Source: a virus (taxonomy: Duplodnaviria; Heunggongvirae; Uroviricota; Caudoviricetes). From it: a stretch of 64,000 nucleotides of DNA. This document shows, one piece after another, positions 8,841 to 18,426 of this stretch. Both the position numbers and the translations under genes were made by a program. The stretch is from IMG/VR virus record IMGVR_UViG_3300020426_000391. One strand, written 5' to 3'. The notes under the pieces were generated by a model. It saw only the letters and a program-made list of their open reading frames with translations, did not search any database and was not told the origin of the DNA. Numbering within the stretch: the first letter of the stretch is position 1; each line of letters begins with the position of its first letter.

Positions 8841-9545
8841 TCAGGCCACGCTGCGGCGGTCTGCGCCATTGGGCTTGAGCGCGCGGCCCATGTGCCGGCG
8901 CACGGCCGTCTCGGTCCAGTCGCCCGGAATGCCGGACCGCCTGGCCAGCATGGCGGAGAGCCTCTCGACCCTTCCGTCCTCGGTTCCCGTGCCCGTCCAC
9001 TCCGCAGTGGTCTGGACATCGGATTCGCTGATCAGCATGGACATCGCGAGACGCATGATCGCGGCCTCCGCGATAGGCCGGAAATTGATGTCCGATCCCT
9101 TGTCGTGCCTGATGACACGACCGACGTCGTAGGTGATCTGGCCCTGTTCGTCCCTCTCGCGCCCGTCCGGCAGGGTCAACACGACCATGCGGACGCCTTC
9201 GATGGTATGACCGCGCGCCGGCTCCATCGCCGAATGCGCGAGTGCGAGCGCGATGAGTGCGCGGCCCTCGACCGAATCGGGATCGGCGTCGATCAGGATC
9301 ATGGCGTCGCGTGCGGCGGTGCCGGTGTCGACCAGGATGACCCCGGGATGACCGGAGTCGCTGACTTCGGATGCATAGGCCGCTATGCCCTCGCCGTTAT
9401 CGAGATGCCGGATCGCGGTATCCACCGTGATGATCTCCGCACCGGAAAGGATGGCGAGACGCCTCGCGTCCACGGGCTTGTCGTCCCGGTAGGCGCGCCT
9501 CTTCAGGCGATCCGATTCGAGCAGGAGGTCGCTGAGCATGATCAT
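8841..9545 (-). CDS. hypothetical protein (234 aa)
   Basis: Track ORF. Confidence 0.45.
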   Translation of the reverse strand: MIMLSDLLLESDRLKRRAYRDDKPVDARRLAILSGAEIITVDTAIRHLDNGEGIAAYASEVSDSGHPGVILVDTGTAARDAMILIDADPDSVEGRALIALALAHSAMEPARGHTIEGVRMVVLTLPDGRERDEQGQITYDVGRVIRHDKGSDINFRPIAEAAIMRLAMSMLISESDVQTTAEWTGTGTEDGRVERLSAMLARRSGIPGDWTETAVRRHMGRALKPNGADRRSVA

Positions 9546-9598
9546 TGCGGGAGTTTCCTTGCTGGTTGTGAGGATTGTGAGGAGAGGTGATCGGATCG

Positions 9599-9964
9599 TC
9601 AGTCCATGTTGAAGCGACTCGCGTCCACGACCTGTCCTCGTCCGAAGCTGATGATCTCGGCGGTGACCCTGCGGTCCTTGCTGATCGTGTCGGCGAGCCT
9701 TTCGAGGGTCGAGAACATCTCGGCCTGGTCCGCGAAGCGGCGATAGGCGATGTCCTCCTCGAGCAGTTGCTCGGTGACTTCCTCACCGAGCGGGTCGAAC
9801 AGGGAGTAGCGGCTGCTGCTGCCGGTGTTCTGGCTCATGATGACGGTGATGATCTCATCGGTGCCCTGACTGACGGTCTGGGCGAGTTCGAGGATGCTCG
9901 AGGGCATGATGTCGGTCATTCGGGGTCCTTTTCCGTTTTCTTTCATCTCTGTTCCGATGGTCAT
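9599..9964 (-). CDS. hypothetical protein
   Basis: Track ORF; stop 4 nt past the start of the downstream gene. Confidence 0.4.
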   Translation of the reverse strand: MTIGTEMKENGKGPRMTDIMPSSILELAQTVSQGTDEIITVIMSQNTGSSSRYSLFDPLGEEVTEQLLEEDIAYRRFADQAEMFSTLERLADTISKDRRVTAEIISFGRGQVVDASRFNMD

Positions 9965-10467
9965 CCCATCATGTGGTCCAGTATCCCTGGCGCCGGAGCC
10001 TCGGGGCCTTCGATCCTCTCGCGTGCCTGGTCCCAGGTCATTCGCTCCTCGCGATGGTCGAGATGGTAGCTGACCCGGTCCTCCTCATGGACGAGGCTGT
10101 AGACCGCGCGGTCGCGATGGAACGGCAGATCGACGGCGCCGCCGAGGAGCAGGACATCATCGTTCATCTGCGCCCTGTGCGTCTCGATGAGCGCCTTGGG
10201 GAACGAGCCGTAGAGGGTCACGACGCTCTCGGTGATGTCCCACTTGGCCGACGGACCGGAGGTTCCGTTGAGATTGATCCTGCGTCCGTCGGGTCCGTCG
10301 TTCTGGAAGTGCAGTTTCCCGAAGACGTCGAAATCCATCGGAACTCTGATGCCGCCGCAGCGCACGCTCTCGATGATGCCCTTGAAGGTCTCGTATTGCG
10401 ATGGTGACTCGTTCCTGCCGCGCTGGAGGATGTAGGCGGCGAAATCGCCGACGAGTATGGTGCGCAT
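9961..10467 (-). CDS. hypothetical protein (about 169 aa)
   Basis: Track ORF 9961..10530; start moved to MRTILVGDF to clear the upstream stop at 10479. Confidence 0.4.
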   Translation of the reverse strand: MRTILVGDFAAYILQRGRNESPSQYETFKGIIESVRCGGIRVPMDFDVFGKLHFQNDGPDGRRINLNGTSGPSAKWDITESVVTLYGSFPKALIETHRAQMNDDVLLLGGAVDLPFHRDRAVYSLVHEEDRVSYHLDHREERMTWDQARERIEGPEAPAPGILDHMMG

Positions 10468-10478
10468 GGGGATGCCTC

Positions 10479-10793
10479 CTATTCGGACCGCATGGCCAGA
10501 TAGTGGTCGATATCCTTGATCTCTCCCCACGAGGCGTCTTCCTGGTAGGCCTTCACCCGATGGTGGAATGTCGCAAGATCGTCCTTGTGGATGCGGATCC
10601 GGTGGTAGTCCCCGCCCTTCTCGTCGAGATGCTTCCAGCGCAGGCCCTCTCCGAGATCGGGGCTCCTGAGGATGCCGCGCGCATAGTGACTGGCATACTG
10701 GTTCTGCCCCAGACGCCGATCCTCGTTGAAGGGGACGTAGCCGTCCTCGTCCGCCTTCCTGAGGTAGGGTTCCATCCAGTCCACCGCGCTCAT
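10479..10793 (-). CDS. hypothetical protein (about 105 aa)
   Basis: Internal start MSAVDWMEPYL. ATGA overlap with the upstream gene ending at 10790. Confidence 0.4.
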   Translation of the reverse strand: MSAVDWMEPYLRKADEDGYVPFNEDRRLGQNQYASHYARGILRSPDLGEGLRWKHLDEKGGDYHRIRIHKDDLATFHHRVKAYQEDASWGEIKDIDHYLAMRSE

Positions 10794-11242
10794 CGCGTCA
10801 TCGCCTTCATGGCGTCGATGCTGCCGCCGCGCTGGGCCGACCGTGCGATCATGATCATGGCGTGGCGATCTCGGCTCACGTCGTCGGCCACCAGGCCGCC
10901 CGATGGGTAGGCACCGATGAGATCGACTGCGGCCCGCATCCGCGCGGCCTCCTCCCAGACGTTGCGCTCCTTGGCGTCGTCCTGCAGGATCGTGATCCGC
11001 GAAGGTGTCGCGGTCAGGTCGCCGTCCTCGTCCACGTCGCACACGATGGTGACCTTCCCCTCGTGGTTCCATGCCCGGTCGAGCGCTTCGTTGATGACGT
11101 CATCGCTGTCGTCCTCGTTCTCGCCCGTGATGATGAGCTGGGCCGTGTAGGCGAAGGGTCGCGATGCGTGGATCTCCGCGTAGCGGATGCCGCATTTCGC
11201 TCCGGTGTGGCGGAGCCATCCGGTGATGGTCGCTTTCGTCAT
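10790..11242 (-). CDS. hypothetical acidic protein (150 aa)
   Basis: Track ORF. Confidence 0.45.
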   Translation of the reverse strand: MTKATITGWLRHTGAKCGIRYAEIHASRPFAYTAQLIITGENEDDSDDVINEALDRAWNHEGKVTIVCDVDEDGDLTATPSRITILQDDAKERNVWEEAARMRAAVDLIGAYPSGGLVADDVSRDRHAMIMIARSAQRGGSIDAMKAMTR

Positions 11243-11526
11243 TCTTCTTCTTCCTCGTCCTGTCCCAGTCGCTCGATCTTCTCGAGGATCGGGATCATGT
11301 CGATCGCACGGCCCTCCATCTGCACCTTGACGGTGTGATAGAGGATGCCGCGTTCCATGCTGATGTTGTCCTGCAGGCCGTTGCGCCTGATGTCCTCCCG
11401 AAGTCTGGCTGCGACCTCGGAGGCTCCGCAGAAGCGGAGTATCTCGACGGGCACGGTTATGCGTGCCCGCTGCTCGGGCTTCTCGAGTATCATGGCCTTC
11501 GTGGTCGCCAGATTGTATCGTGCCAT
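11239..11526 (-). CDS. hypothetical protein (about 95 aa)
   Basis: Internal start MARYNLATTK in track ORF 11239..11898. Confidence 0.35.
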   Translation of the reverse strand: MARYNLATTKAMILEKPEQRARITVPVEILRFCGASEVAARLREDIRRNGLQDNISMERGILYHTVKVQMEGRAIDMIPILEKIERLGQDEEEEE

Positions 11527-11549
11527 GGGTTTTCCTTTCCCTGATGGGA

Positions 11550-12500
11550 TCACGCGGCGATGGCGTAGTGCCTCATGCCGTTCGTCTTCCATTCCCGGGT
11601 CTGCCGGTGGCGTCCGGTGTCGCTGTAGAGCGCGCGCAGACGTTCCATCTGGTGGCGCAGGTGACTGATCTTCTCGTTGAGCGCTTCGAGTTCCTCGCGA
11701 TCGGTGAGGCGGTCCTCGACATCGTCGTTCCTGCGCTTGAGGCGTTCGGCGACGCGGTTCCGCGCTTCCAGGTAGCTGTCGAGGCTCCGCTTGGCGTAGT
11801 CGGCGCCATCCGCAACGTGGATGCGGTGCTTGGGAAAGCTGCGCACGAAGCAGTCGATGATGTGCTCCAGCCGGTTGCGCGGCAGCCGGAAGAGCCACCG
11901 GTTGCCGCTGCGCTTCGTGTTCTGGACCTGCTGCACGAGAAGGCGGCGGCCGGCGGCGAAGGAGAAGCCGATCGTCATGACGTGCTCGCCCTTCCAGTGG
12001 ACGAGGAAGCCGAAGACGCCGTCGAGATAGGTGCGCGAATGTTCGGAATAACCGTAGTCGTTACGGCCCGTCGTCTGGTCGAGCGTGATCTCGAACTCGT
12101 CGCTTCCCAGGTCGAAGGATGCGAGGCCTTCCATGGCGGAGACGATGTCGTTCCATGCACCGCGGTCGTATCCCCAACGCCAGGTGGAGCTGTCGATCTT
12201 GCGGATGATGCGCAGGACCGGATCCTTCTCCAGTTCGCGTTCCACGTCCGAGGGGAGCGAGTTCTTGGGGAAGAGCATGGTCTTCGCGGTCTTGCCGGTA
12301 TCGAGCCTCCTGAAGGCTTCGATCGGGAGGTGATGAGCCAGTTCCTCGATGTCGTCAGTGTCGTAGTAGTCGAGCATGTACCTACGGAATTTATCACCGA
12401 AGATGCCCATGGCGTCGAACGAGCGGACGGGCTTGCGGTTCTGGTGCACGGGGACGCGGGTGAGGCCGACGTCGAGTGTGCTCAGCGGTGTGCCCTTCAT
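11550..12500 (-). CDS. hypothetical protein (316 aa)
   Basis: Track ORF. Confidence 0.5.
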   Translation of the reverse strand: MKGTPLSTLDVGLTRVPVHQNRKPVRSFDAMGIFGDKFRRYMLDYYDTDDIEELAHHLPIEAFRRLDTGKTAKTMLFPKNSLPSDVERELEKDPVLRIIRKIDSSTWRWGYDRGAWNDIVSAMEGLASFDLGSDEFEITLDQTTGRNDYGYSEHSRTYLDGVFGFLVHWKGEHVMTIGFSFAAGRRLLVQQVQNTKRSGNRWLFRLPRNRLEHIIDCFVRSFPKHRIHVADGADYAKRSLDSYLEARNRVAERLKRRNDDVEDRLTDREELEALNEKISHLRHQMERLRALYSDTGRHRQTREWKTNGMRHYAIAA

Positions 12501-12604
12501 TTTCCATCTCCTTCGAACTGTTCATTCGGACGCACAGTCCCGAAAAGGGGCATTCCCGGTTTTCAGGATGGACCTTCCTTAATGATTCGTTACCATTCGC
12601 CTTC

Positions 12605-12868
12605 ATGAGACGCCGCAGCCTTGTCCTGACCACCGAATCCGCCCGTCACCCCTTCCGGGCATCCCTTCCTCCGCATGTGTTCGTGGTGCCGAAGGTGGAG
12701 GCGGAAGTCGAGGCCGCGATGACGAGGAACGACGGACTGCGGTCCGCCCGTGCGATCGCGCTGCAGGCGTCGGAACGCCGCGCGGAGATTATCGGGGACA
12801 TCAAGGCCGTGTCGATCATCTGCTGCTTCGGCCTGCTCATGGCCTGGATGCAGCCCCCGGGATTCTGA
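12605..12868 (+). CDS. possible small plus-strand protein (about 87 aa) in an otherwise minus-strand region
   Basis: Internal start MRRRSLVLTTE... in plus ORF 12476..12868, inside a 425-bp gap between minus genes. Followed by hairpin gcggcccgccggaaggcgggccgc. Confidence 0.25.
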   Translation: MRRRSLVLTTESARHPFRASLPPHVFVVPKVEAEVEAAMTRNDGLRSARAIALQASERRAEIIGDIKAVSIICCFGLLMAWMQPPGF

Positions 12869-12926
12869 TCGGGCTCTCCTGACGGGAGGCCTTGCGGCCC
12901 GCCGGAAGGCGGGCCGCATTTCCCAT

Positions 12927-13466
12927 CTACAGCATTCCCAGCATGCCCTTGGCGCGCGGCTTGCCGCCGCCGAGCTGCTCCCGCAGCTTCATCAGCAGCT
13001 GGCCCAGCACGTTCGCGCCGCGATACGTGCCATCGCCCTGGGGCTTCGCGCCCCAGAAGGCGTCACGCATGCTCAGCTCCACGATCTCGCGATCGTCGGT
13101 GCTCAGCAGCTCGTCGACGAACCGGCGGTTGGTCGACTTCAGCAGCAGCGCCTGCCACATCAGCTCCACATTCACCTCCAGCCAGTCGGCGCGGCTCTCG
13201 TCCACGCGCGCATGTGCGACCTGCTTGGCGAGGAAGCCGTTGCCCGCCAGGCGGATCTCTTCCTGCAGCGCCGGCAGGTGCGGGAAGCGCTGGGCCTGGT
13301 ACCACGCTTCCGAGCTCGTCCAGCGCAGGCCCGTCGCCGGGTCGACGAACGGCGCGCCGCCGGCCATATTCCCCAATATCCCCAAGGGGTCGCGGGCCTT
13401 GCAGAATACCGCGGCACGGCCGTCCTTGCTCCAAAGGCGGCTCTTATCGCTCTCAAACTCTACCAT
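12927..13466 (-). CDS. NADAR (DUF1768, YbiA-like) domain protein
   Basis: Matches YbiA/NADAR conserved blocks: W-T-S-S-E-A-W-Y-Q-A-Q-R-F, and DAFWGAKPQGDGTYRGANVLGQLLMKLREQL. Start MVEFESDK. Confidence 0.75.
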   Translation of the reverse strand: MVEFESDKSRLWSKDGRAAVFCKARDPLGILGNMAGGAPFVDPATGLRWTSSEAWYQAQRFPHLPALQEEIRLAGNGFLAKQVAHARVDESRADWLEVNVELMWQALLLKSTNRRFVDELLSTDDREIVELSMRDAFWGAKPQGDGTYRGANVLGQLLMKLREQLGGGKPRAKGMLGML

Positions 13467-13581
13467 TTTCCATCCTCCTGATCTTGGCAGGAGCACATCA
13501 TCTTGAGAATCTTCAACGTGGGTTGAAGACTGTCCGGAGAGTTTTGTGGGAACGCGTTTCTGTTGGAATATGTGTTGTCGC

Positions 13582-13863
13582 CTACAACGGAAGCGCATCC
13601 AGTGACGGGTAGGAGGTCTTGCGCTCGATCGGCGAGCGATAGGCAGGTTCCGACACGACCTCCTGCGTGAGGCTGTAGACCGACCGGCTGGTGCCGAGCC
13701 CCGTGGCGCGGTGGATGTAGCCTTCCTTCACCATGGAGATGAGACAATCGGAGATCTCGGTCTCGTCGCATTCGAAGGCGGCAGCGAATTCCGAATCGCT
13801 TCCGCGGATGGCTCCGTGGGCGACAAGGGCGGTGAGGATGTCATCGCGCAGGATGGTTCGCAT
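13582..13863 (-). CDS. hypothetical small protein, possibly winged-helix DNA-binding
   Basis: Start MRTILRDDILTALVAHGAIRGSDSEFAAAFECDETEISDCLISMVKEGYIHR resembles a wHTH recognition unit. Confidence 0.35.
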   Translation of the reverse strand: MRTILRDDILTALVAHGAIRGSDSEFAAAFECDETEISDCLISMVKEGYIHRATGLGTSRSVYSLTQEVVSEPAYRSPIERKTSYPSLDALPL

Positions 13864-13921
13864 CGTGATACTCCCGTGTAGTTGCGGCATTCTCCCACAT
13901 CCATTTGAGGATGGGAAGCGT

Positions 13922-14083
13922 TCAGGCGCTGAGCAGCGCGCCCTTGGTCAGCGCCGCGCTGGGATTGCTCCCGTCGTCGTCAGGGCCGTTGTCGTTCATG
14001 GCGTTGTCGTTGCGGGCCAGGCGGATAAGCTTGCGTGCTGCGGCCCGGCTGTCGGCGACGATCCGGTTGCTGAAGGTGCCCAT
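13922..14083 (-). CDS. possible small protein (53 aa), below the track size cut-off
   Basis: My translation: MGTFSNRIVADSRAAARKLIRLARNDNAMNDNGPDDDGSNPSAALTKGALLSA. Starts just downstream of a terminator and promoter-like gap. Confidence 0.25.
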   Translation of the reverse strand: MGTFSNRIVADSRAAARKLIRLARNDNAMNDNGPDDDGSNPSAALTKGALLSA

Positions 14084-14142
14084 GGGATTTTCCTTTCACT
14101 ATGAGGACTTCGGCCATCCTCGTCCGACCCGGATGCGGATGC

Positions 14143-14168
14143 AAAAAAGGGGCGGCCTATACCGCCCC
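14143..14168 (-). terminator. rho-independent terminator (minus strand)
   Basis: Hairpin ggggcggcctataccgcccc with a6 upstream on the plus strand. Followed on the minus strand by GCATCCGCATCC. Confidence 0.55.
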
Positions 14169-14612
14169 TTCCTGCTTCGGATGGAACACCGCCCATGGCG
14201 TGTCGTTCGTCCTGACGATGTCCAGTATCTCTGCGTCCGGGTCCCAGTAGGGCTCCATGATGCCCATCTCTCCGATGATGTCCCCCAGGCTGCGTCCGGG
14301 CATCGAGGCGATCACCGTCGACGGTAGCCTGTGACCGAGGTCGATGTGGTGCTCGACGGGCGCGCTGGAGGAGAGGCTGATCTCCCTGACGCGGGTCCGC
14401 CCCACGAAGAAGAGGATCTCGTATCCCGTCAGACCGGTCCTGAGGCCGCTGTACCATGGTTCGATCTTCGATATCGTGAAGGGCGATTCGGTGAACTCCA
14501 GCTCCTCCTGGATCCTCTCGAGGAGCCCGGTGCGGATGCGTATCCGCTCCTTGAGGTTTTCCGGCGAGCACACCCGCTGCGTCAGATGAAGGACGACGGG
14601 TCCGAACCTCAT
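14157..14612 (-). CDS. hypothetical protein, paralog A1 (151 aa)
   Basis: Shares RFGP..L, GRSLGDI.G and WDPD..I blocks with 14865..15344. Confidence 0.5.
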   Translation of the reverse strand: MRFGPVVLHLTQRVCSPENLKERIRIRTGLLERIQEELEFTESPFTISKIEPWYSGLRTGLTGYEILFFVGRTRVREISLSSSAPVEHHIDLGHRLPSTVIASMPGRSLGDIIGEMGIMEPYWDPDAEILDIVRTNDTPWAVFHPKQEGAV

Positions 14613-14872
14613 GGAGCCAGTTCCGAGGGAACCAGCCAGCGACCGCTCTCATGGCGCGTCGGCATGCCGGATGCTCTGCGTTGACCGAGATCCTCGAGCC
14701 ATGTGTGCATCCAAGGATTGGGAGCGTAGCGGAAGGCGCGCGGCATCCGGTCGGGCTCGACGCCGTTGTGCTCGGCGACGATCGCGCACCCGGCCTCGCT
14801 CAGTGGGTGATCTGCAGCGGCCGCGGTGAAGCCCACGGCGCGGAATTCCTCCGGGGTCGGGACGTCAGGCAT
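14609..14872 (-). CDS. possible small protein (87 aa) between paralogs A1 and A2
   Basis: Track ORF bridging the two paralogs with ATGA-type overlaps. Confidence 0.3.
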   Translation of the reverse strand: MPDVPTPEEFRAVGFTAAAADHPLSEAGCAIVAEHNGVEPDRMPRAFRYAPNPWMHTWLEDLGQRRASGMPTRHESGRWLVPSELAP

Positions 14873-15344
14873 GGACGGATCCTCCGAGATAGTGGTTGAT
14901 CGACCAGGAGGGCACCCGCACGACCATGTGCGATGAGCCCTTGATGGTTGCTATGCCGGTGATCCGCTCATCCGGATCCCAGACACCGGTCATCCTCTCG
15001 AGGCCCGAGACGATGTCACCGAGGCTGCGTCCGATGGTGCCTTGAAGGACCGCTTCGGGAAATTCCGAGCGGATGAGGTGGCGGCTGGAATGATCGTCGA
15101 CCTGTTCGTAGAAGACCGTGTCCTTGACGAGCAGTCCGATCTGGTATCCCACATGCCCCATGTCGACGTCCACCAGTGGGTCGGCATTGAGATAGAGGAA
15201 GTCACATGGAGCACTCTTGAGGTTGACTTCGCCCGCATACTGCGGATTCTTCAGGAAGCGCCGCATGTGGTTCGTGCGCTCCACCGGATCGTCACTGGCC
15301 GCTTCGACGACCTTCAGGAGTGCGGGGCCGAATCTCCCCTTCAT
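14865..15344 (-). CDS. hypothetical protein, paralog A2 (about 159 aa)
   Basis: Internal start MKGRFGPALL; shared blocks with A1. Confidence 0.5.
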   Translation of the reverse strand: MKGRFGPALLKVVEAASDDPVERTNHMRRFLKNPQYAGEVNLKSAPCDFLYLNADPLVDVDMGHVGYQIGLLVKDTVFYEQVDDHSSRHLIRSEFPEAVLQGTIGRSLGDIVSGLERMTGVWDPDERITGIATIKGSSHMVVRVPSWSINHYLGGSVHA

Positions 15345-16354
15345 GCGATCTCTCCGAGGAGCTCGTCGATGGCGAGCACCCATGCATCCACGTCGGAGGC
15401 GTAGCGCCCGAGGTTCATGGGCGGGTTGAGTTCGATGGGAACGACCTTGCCGGTGTTCCTGTCGATGCACAGATCGAGGCTGTAGGCGAGGGCCCTGCCG
15501 TTCTCCGCGGCGAACTCCTTGCCGAAGGCTTCGGCGAACTCGCGATAGGCATCGAGCACGTCACGCGCGGTGACGACGCCCGTCCTGTTGCGCACCGGCT
15601 CCATCTTGGGATCGAAGACGTCCCAGTTGTCGAGCGGCGTGAAGGCCTCGACGCATCCCGCTCCGGTCACCGGGCGGTCGCCGACCATGAACATCCGGTA
15701 TTCATGGGTCGGCTCGATGACGCCCTGGACGCTGAAGTAGGGCGCGGTGTTGCCCTCGTACTGGATGGTGGACCACATGATGCCCTCGTCCTGGGCGCAG
15801 ATCTGCTCCCATGCGTCCTTGCCGGCCTCGATGGAGTAGCGCTGCGCCATCTCCTTCTTGATCGTCTTGATGAAGATCTCGCCCGCCTGCGGAACGATGC
15901 GCCGGATCGCTTCGGACACGGCCTGGCCGTCCGGTCGGACCAGTTCCATCTGACGTCCGGCGTGCTTGCGGAAGGTCTCGGAGGAGGCGTGCTTGCCGAT
16001 CGCGTCGAGCGCCTTCGTGCTCTGCAGCGGGAGCGAGAAGTCGATGCCCGTCGTGTGGTCGCTCCCCCGGATTCCCGAATGGAAGAAGGCGGGCTCGCCC
16101 TCGCCCGAGACGAGCGTGTCGGCGGATGAGCTGATCCAGACCGCGGGAGTGGATCCCATGATCTCGTGCTCGACCCCCAGCCGCGCGAAGGACTCGATGA
16201 AGCAGGCGTTCTCGACCCAGTCCTCCTTGTCACGTTCCTCGGGTCTGGAGTCCGGGAAGGCCGCGAGCCATGCGGCCGTGATCGCCGGTGCGTACTGCTC
16301 GGCACCGATCGGGTGGCTGTCGCGTCCCAGAGGGCGCATCAGATGCTTGGCCAT
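15341..16354 (-). CDS. ATP-grasp-like enzyme (about 337 aa)
   Basis: C-terminal GKVVPIELNPPMNLGRYASD resembles the ATP-grasp E-x-N loop. Start MAKHLMRPLG. Confidence 0.45.
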   Translation of the reverse strand: MAKHLMRPLGRDSHPIGAEQYAPAITAAWLAAFPDSRPEERDKEDWVENACFIESFARLGVEHEIMGSTPAVWISSSADTLVSGEGEPAFFHSGIRGSDHTTGIDFSLPLQSTKALDAIGKHASSETFRKHAGRQMELVRPDGQAVSEAIRRIVPQAGEIFIKTIKKEMAQRYSIEAGKDAWEQICAQDEGIMWSTIQYEGNTAPYFSVQGVIEPTHEYRMFMVGDRPVTGAGCVEAFTPLDNWDVFDPKMEPVRNRTGVVTARDVLDAYREFAEAFGKEFAAENGRALAYSLDLCIDRNTGKVVPIELNPPMNLGRYASDVDAWVLAIDELLGEIA

Positions 16355-16380
16355 GGGCCTTTTCCTTTCTCGTGGAATTC

Positions 16381-17175
16381 TCAGAGCGCGTTGTGGATCA
16401 CGACGTGCTTGTTGGGCTGCCGGTCGGCGCCGAAGGTGACGCTGACGGTGAGATCGTCCTTCTCGGCCTGCTCGATCTCGTCGATCCATTCGTCCCCGAA
16501 GGCGATGAACTCGCACATAGGGGCGATGTTCTTGCCGCCGTAGGAGGTCATGCGCCGGAACGAGACGATGGCGTAGCCCTTGCCAGTCTTGGCGACGCCC
16601 CGCCGCGTGATGCGCGGCTTGCCGGTGGCGCCCACAGGAAGGTCCTCGCGGCTCACCCTCGTGAAGCCCTGCTCCATGTCGCTGCGTGCGCTCTTCACCG
16701 AATTGTAGAGGTCATTGATATCCTTCTCGGTGAGTGGCGGTTCGGCCCGTGCATGCTGCCACATGCTCTCGCCGGCGGTCTCCATGAAGCTCGCGAACGC
16801 ATCGTTCCATGCGGCACTGAAATCGGGCTGCGGCTCGTAGGGGCGCGAGGTTCCGCCCTGTTGCTCCCAAGGATCGCGTGACCGGCCCGGTGTCGATGCA
16901 CTCTGCAGGCTGCCGGATTCCACGATGTCTCCCCAACTCGTCTTCAGCGCCGCGATCTCGCGACTGACGGCGACGATCATGCGGTCGCCCGTCTTGGTCT
17001 GGAGATGTTCGAGGACCCATTGCTGGGGCGTTCCGGTGAGGTGCCTGATCGCGCCCTTGCGGATGATGTCGACGATCATGAGCCCGGTCTTGCGCTCGAT
17101 GAGGTTGACGGCCGACTGGCGCTCGTTCTCGTGGTCGGAACGCAGCCGTTCGGCGATGCCGCGGATTATGCTCAT
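16381..17175 (-). CDS. hypothetical protein, paralog B1 (264 aa)
   Basis: N-terminus MSIIRGIAERLRSDHENERQSAVNLIERKTG parallels that of 17244..17861. Confidence 0.5.
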   Translation of the reverse strand: MSIIRGIAERLRSDHENERQSAVNLIERKTGLMIVDIIRKGAIRHLTGTPQQWVLEHLQTKTGDRMIVAVSREIAALKTSWGDIVESGSLQSASTPGRSRDPWEQQGGTSRPYEPQPDFSAAWNDAFASFMETAGESMWQHARAEPPLTEKDINDLYNSVKSARSDMEQGFTRVSREDLPVGATGKPRITRRGVAKTGKGYAIVSFRRMTSYGGKNIAPMCEFIAFGDEWIDEIEQAEKDDLTVSVTFGADRQPNKHVVIHNAL

Positions 17176-17226
17176 GTTCTTTTCCTCTCAGGGAAGGTGT
17201 ATCGCCTGCCCTGCGTCTGTGGATGC

Positions 17227-17259
17227 AAAAAAAGGCGGCCCGGTCAGACCGTAACCGCC
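17227..17259 (-). terminator. rho-independent terminator (minus strand)
   Basis: a7 then hairpin ggcggcccggtcagaccgtaaccgcc; GCATCC motif on the minus strand. Confidence 0.5.
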
Positions 17260-17861
17260 TCTATGTGTTCGTGTCTCACGCCCGGGTCACGCAGTGCTAT
17301 CGTGATCGGTCTTTCATCGTTGGCTGACCGGCGCACCCTCGCGGCGGCATCGCCGCGAGCGACGAACGGGACGAGTGGTCTGAAGGACCTGTCCTGGTGA
17401 TCCGCCTCCAGCATGTAGAAGACGACCGTCTTCCTCCCTTCGTTGTCCATGCCGGGCTCCCAGAGGTTGGGGATTCCCGTGATCTCGTCCGGCATGGCAT
17501 CCCGGCGGACGCCTTCCAGACCCGGCCGCTTGGCGGCCGGATGATCGCATCCGGTGCGCAGGTGCTCGATTCGTTCGGCGATGCCGAGGGAATCGCCCTT
17601 GGCGATGACGTTCTGCCAACTGACTCCGTTTCGTCTCAGGATCACCTCGAGAGCCTGTATCATGACATCGCCGCTATAGGTCTCCATGAGATGCAGTGCG
17701 ATAGCCCTCTCCTCGTGTCCGAGGCTTCGCCGCAGGCCTCGCCGGATGAGTTCGTCGACGTGCTTGCCGGTCTCTCGCTCTATCAGTCGCACTGCGGAGC
17801 GTCTCTCGTTCTCGGTGTCCGCACGCATCAGTTCGGAGAGGGCGGAAAGTCTGCGATCCAT
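17244..17861 (-). CDS. hypothetical protein, paralog B2 (205 aa)
   Basis: N-terminus MDRRLSALSELMRADTENERRSAVRLIERETG. Confidence 0.5.
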   Translation of the reverse strand: MDRRLSALSELMRADTENERRSAVRLIERETGKHVDELIRRGLRRSLGHEERAIALHLMETYSGDVMIQALEVILRRNGVSWQNVIAKGDSLGIAERIEHLRTGCDHPAAKRPGLEGVRRDAMPDEITGIPNLWEPGMDNEGRKTVVFYMLEADHQDRSFRPLVPFVARGDAAARVRRSANDERPITIALRDPGVRHEHIEAVTV

Positions 17862-17886
17862 TTTTTCCTCCCGTCTGTCGATCTCG

Positions 17887-18426
17887 TCAGGCCGCCGATC
17901 TCATCGCCAGTCCATGCGCCATGTAGGTGCTCTGGGACCAGGAAAGATCCCTTTTCAGCTTCGGGATGTAGATCGCATGCTCTCCCACGCTTCCCATCTC
18001 CTTTACCGGGAAGTCGGGAAGCCCCTCGGCCTGCATGACCTCGGAGAGGTTCATTTTCCCCTCTCGTGTCATCGTCATATGCCTCTGTCTCGTGGTTTCG
18101 GGCACGATGAGCGTCAGACCTCCTTCGGGGTCCAGCGTCCAACCATCGGCATGTGTCAGGATCATCCTCACCTGGCTCCTGACACCGATGCTGATATCGT
18201 CGCCTTCGTCCGTGACCCGTGTGCTCGCTTTCACGATGGCCTCGTATCTTCCATCCCGGATCACATGGACGGTCGATGTCTCGATATTGTCGATCTCCTC
18301 GTTGGGCGTGCACATGGTGAGGAGATTCTGAACCGATGCGATGAAGCGTTCTGTCTCGTCGCGGCCCGACTTGGCCGCGTAGCGCATCAGGATCCAGCGG
18401 GAGATCGCATCGGTCCTGACCGTCAT
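17887..18426 (-). CDS. hypothetical protein
   Basis: Internal start MTVRTDAISRW; ATGA overlap with the upstream gene. Confidence 0.4.
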   Translation of the reverse strand: MTVRTDAISRWILMRYAAKSGRDETERFIASVQNLLTMCTPNEEIDNIETSTVHVIRDGRYEAIVKASTRVTDEGDDISIGVRSQVRMILTHADGWTLDPEGGLTLIVPETTRQRHMTMTREGKMNLSEVMQAEGLPDFPVKEMGSVGEHAIYIPKLKRDLSWSQSTYMAHGLAMRSAA

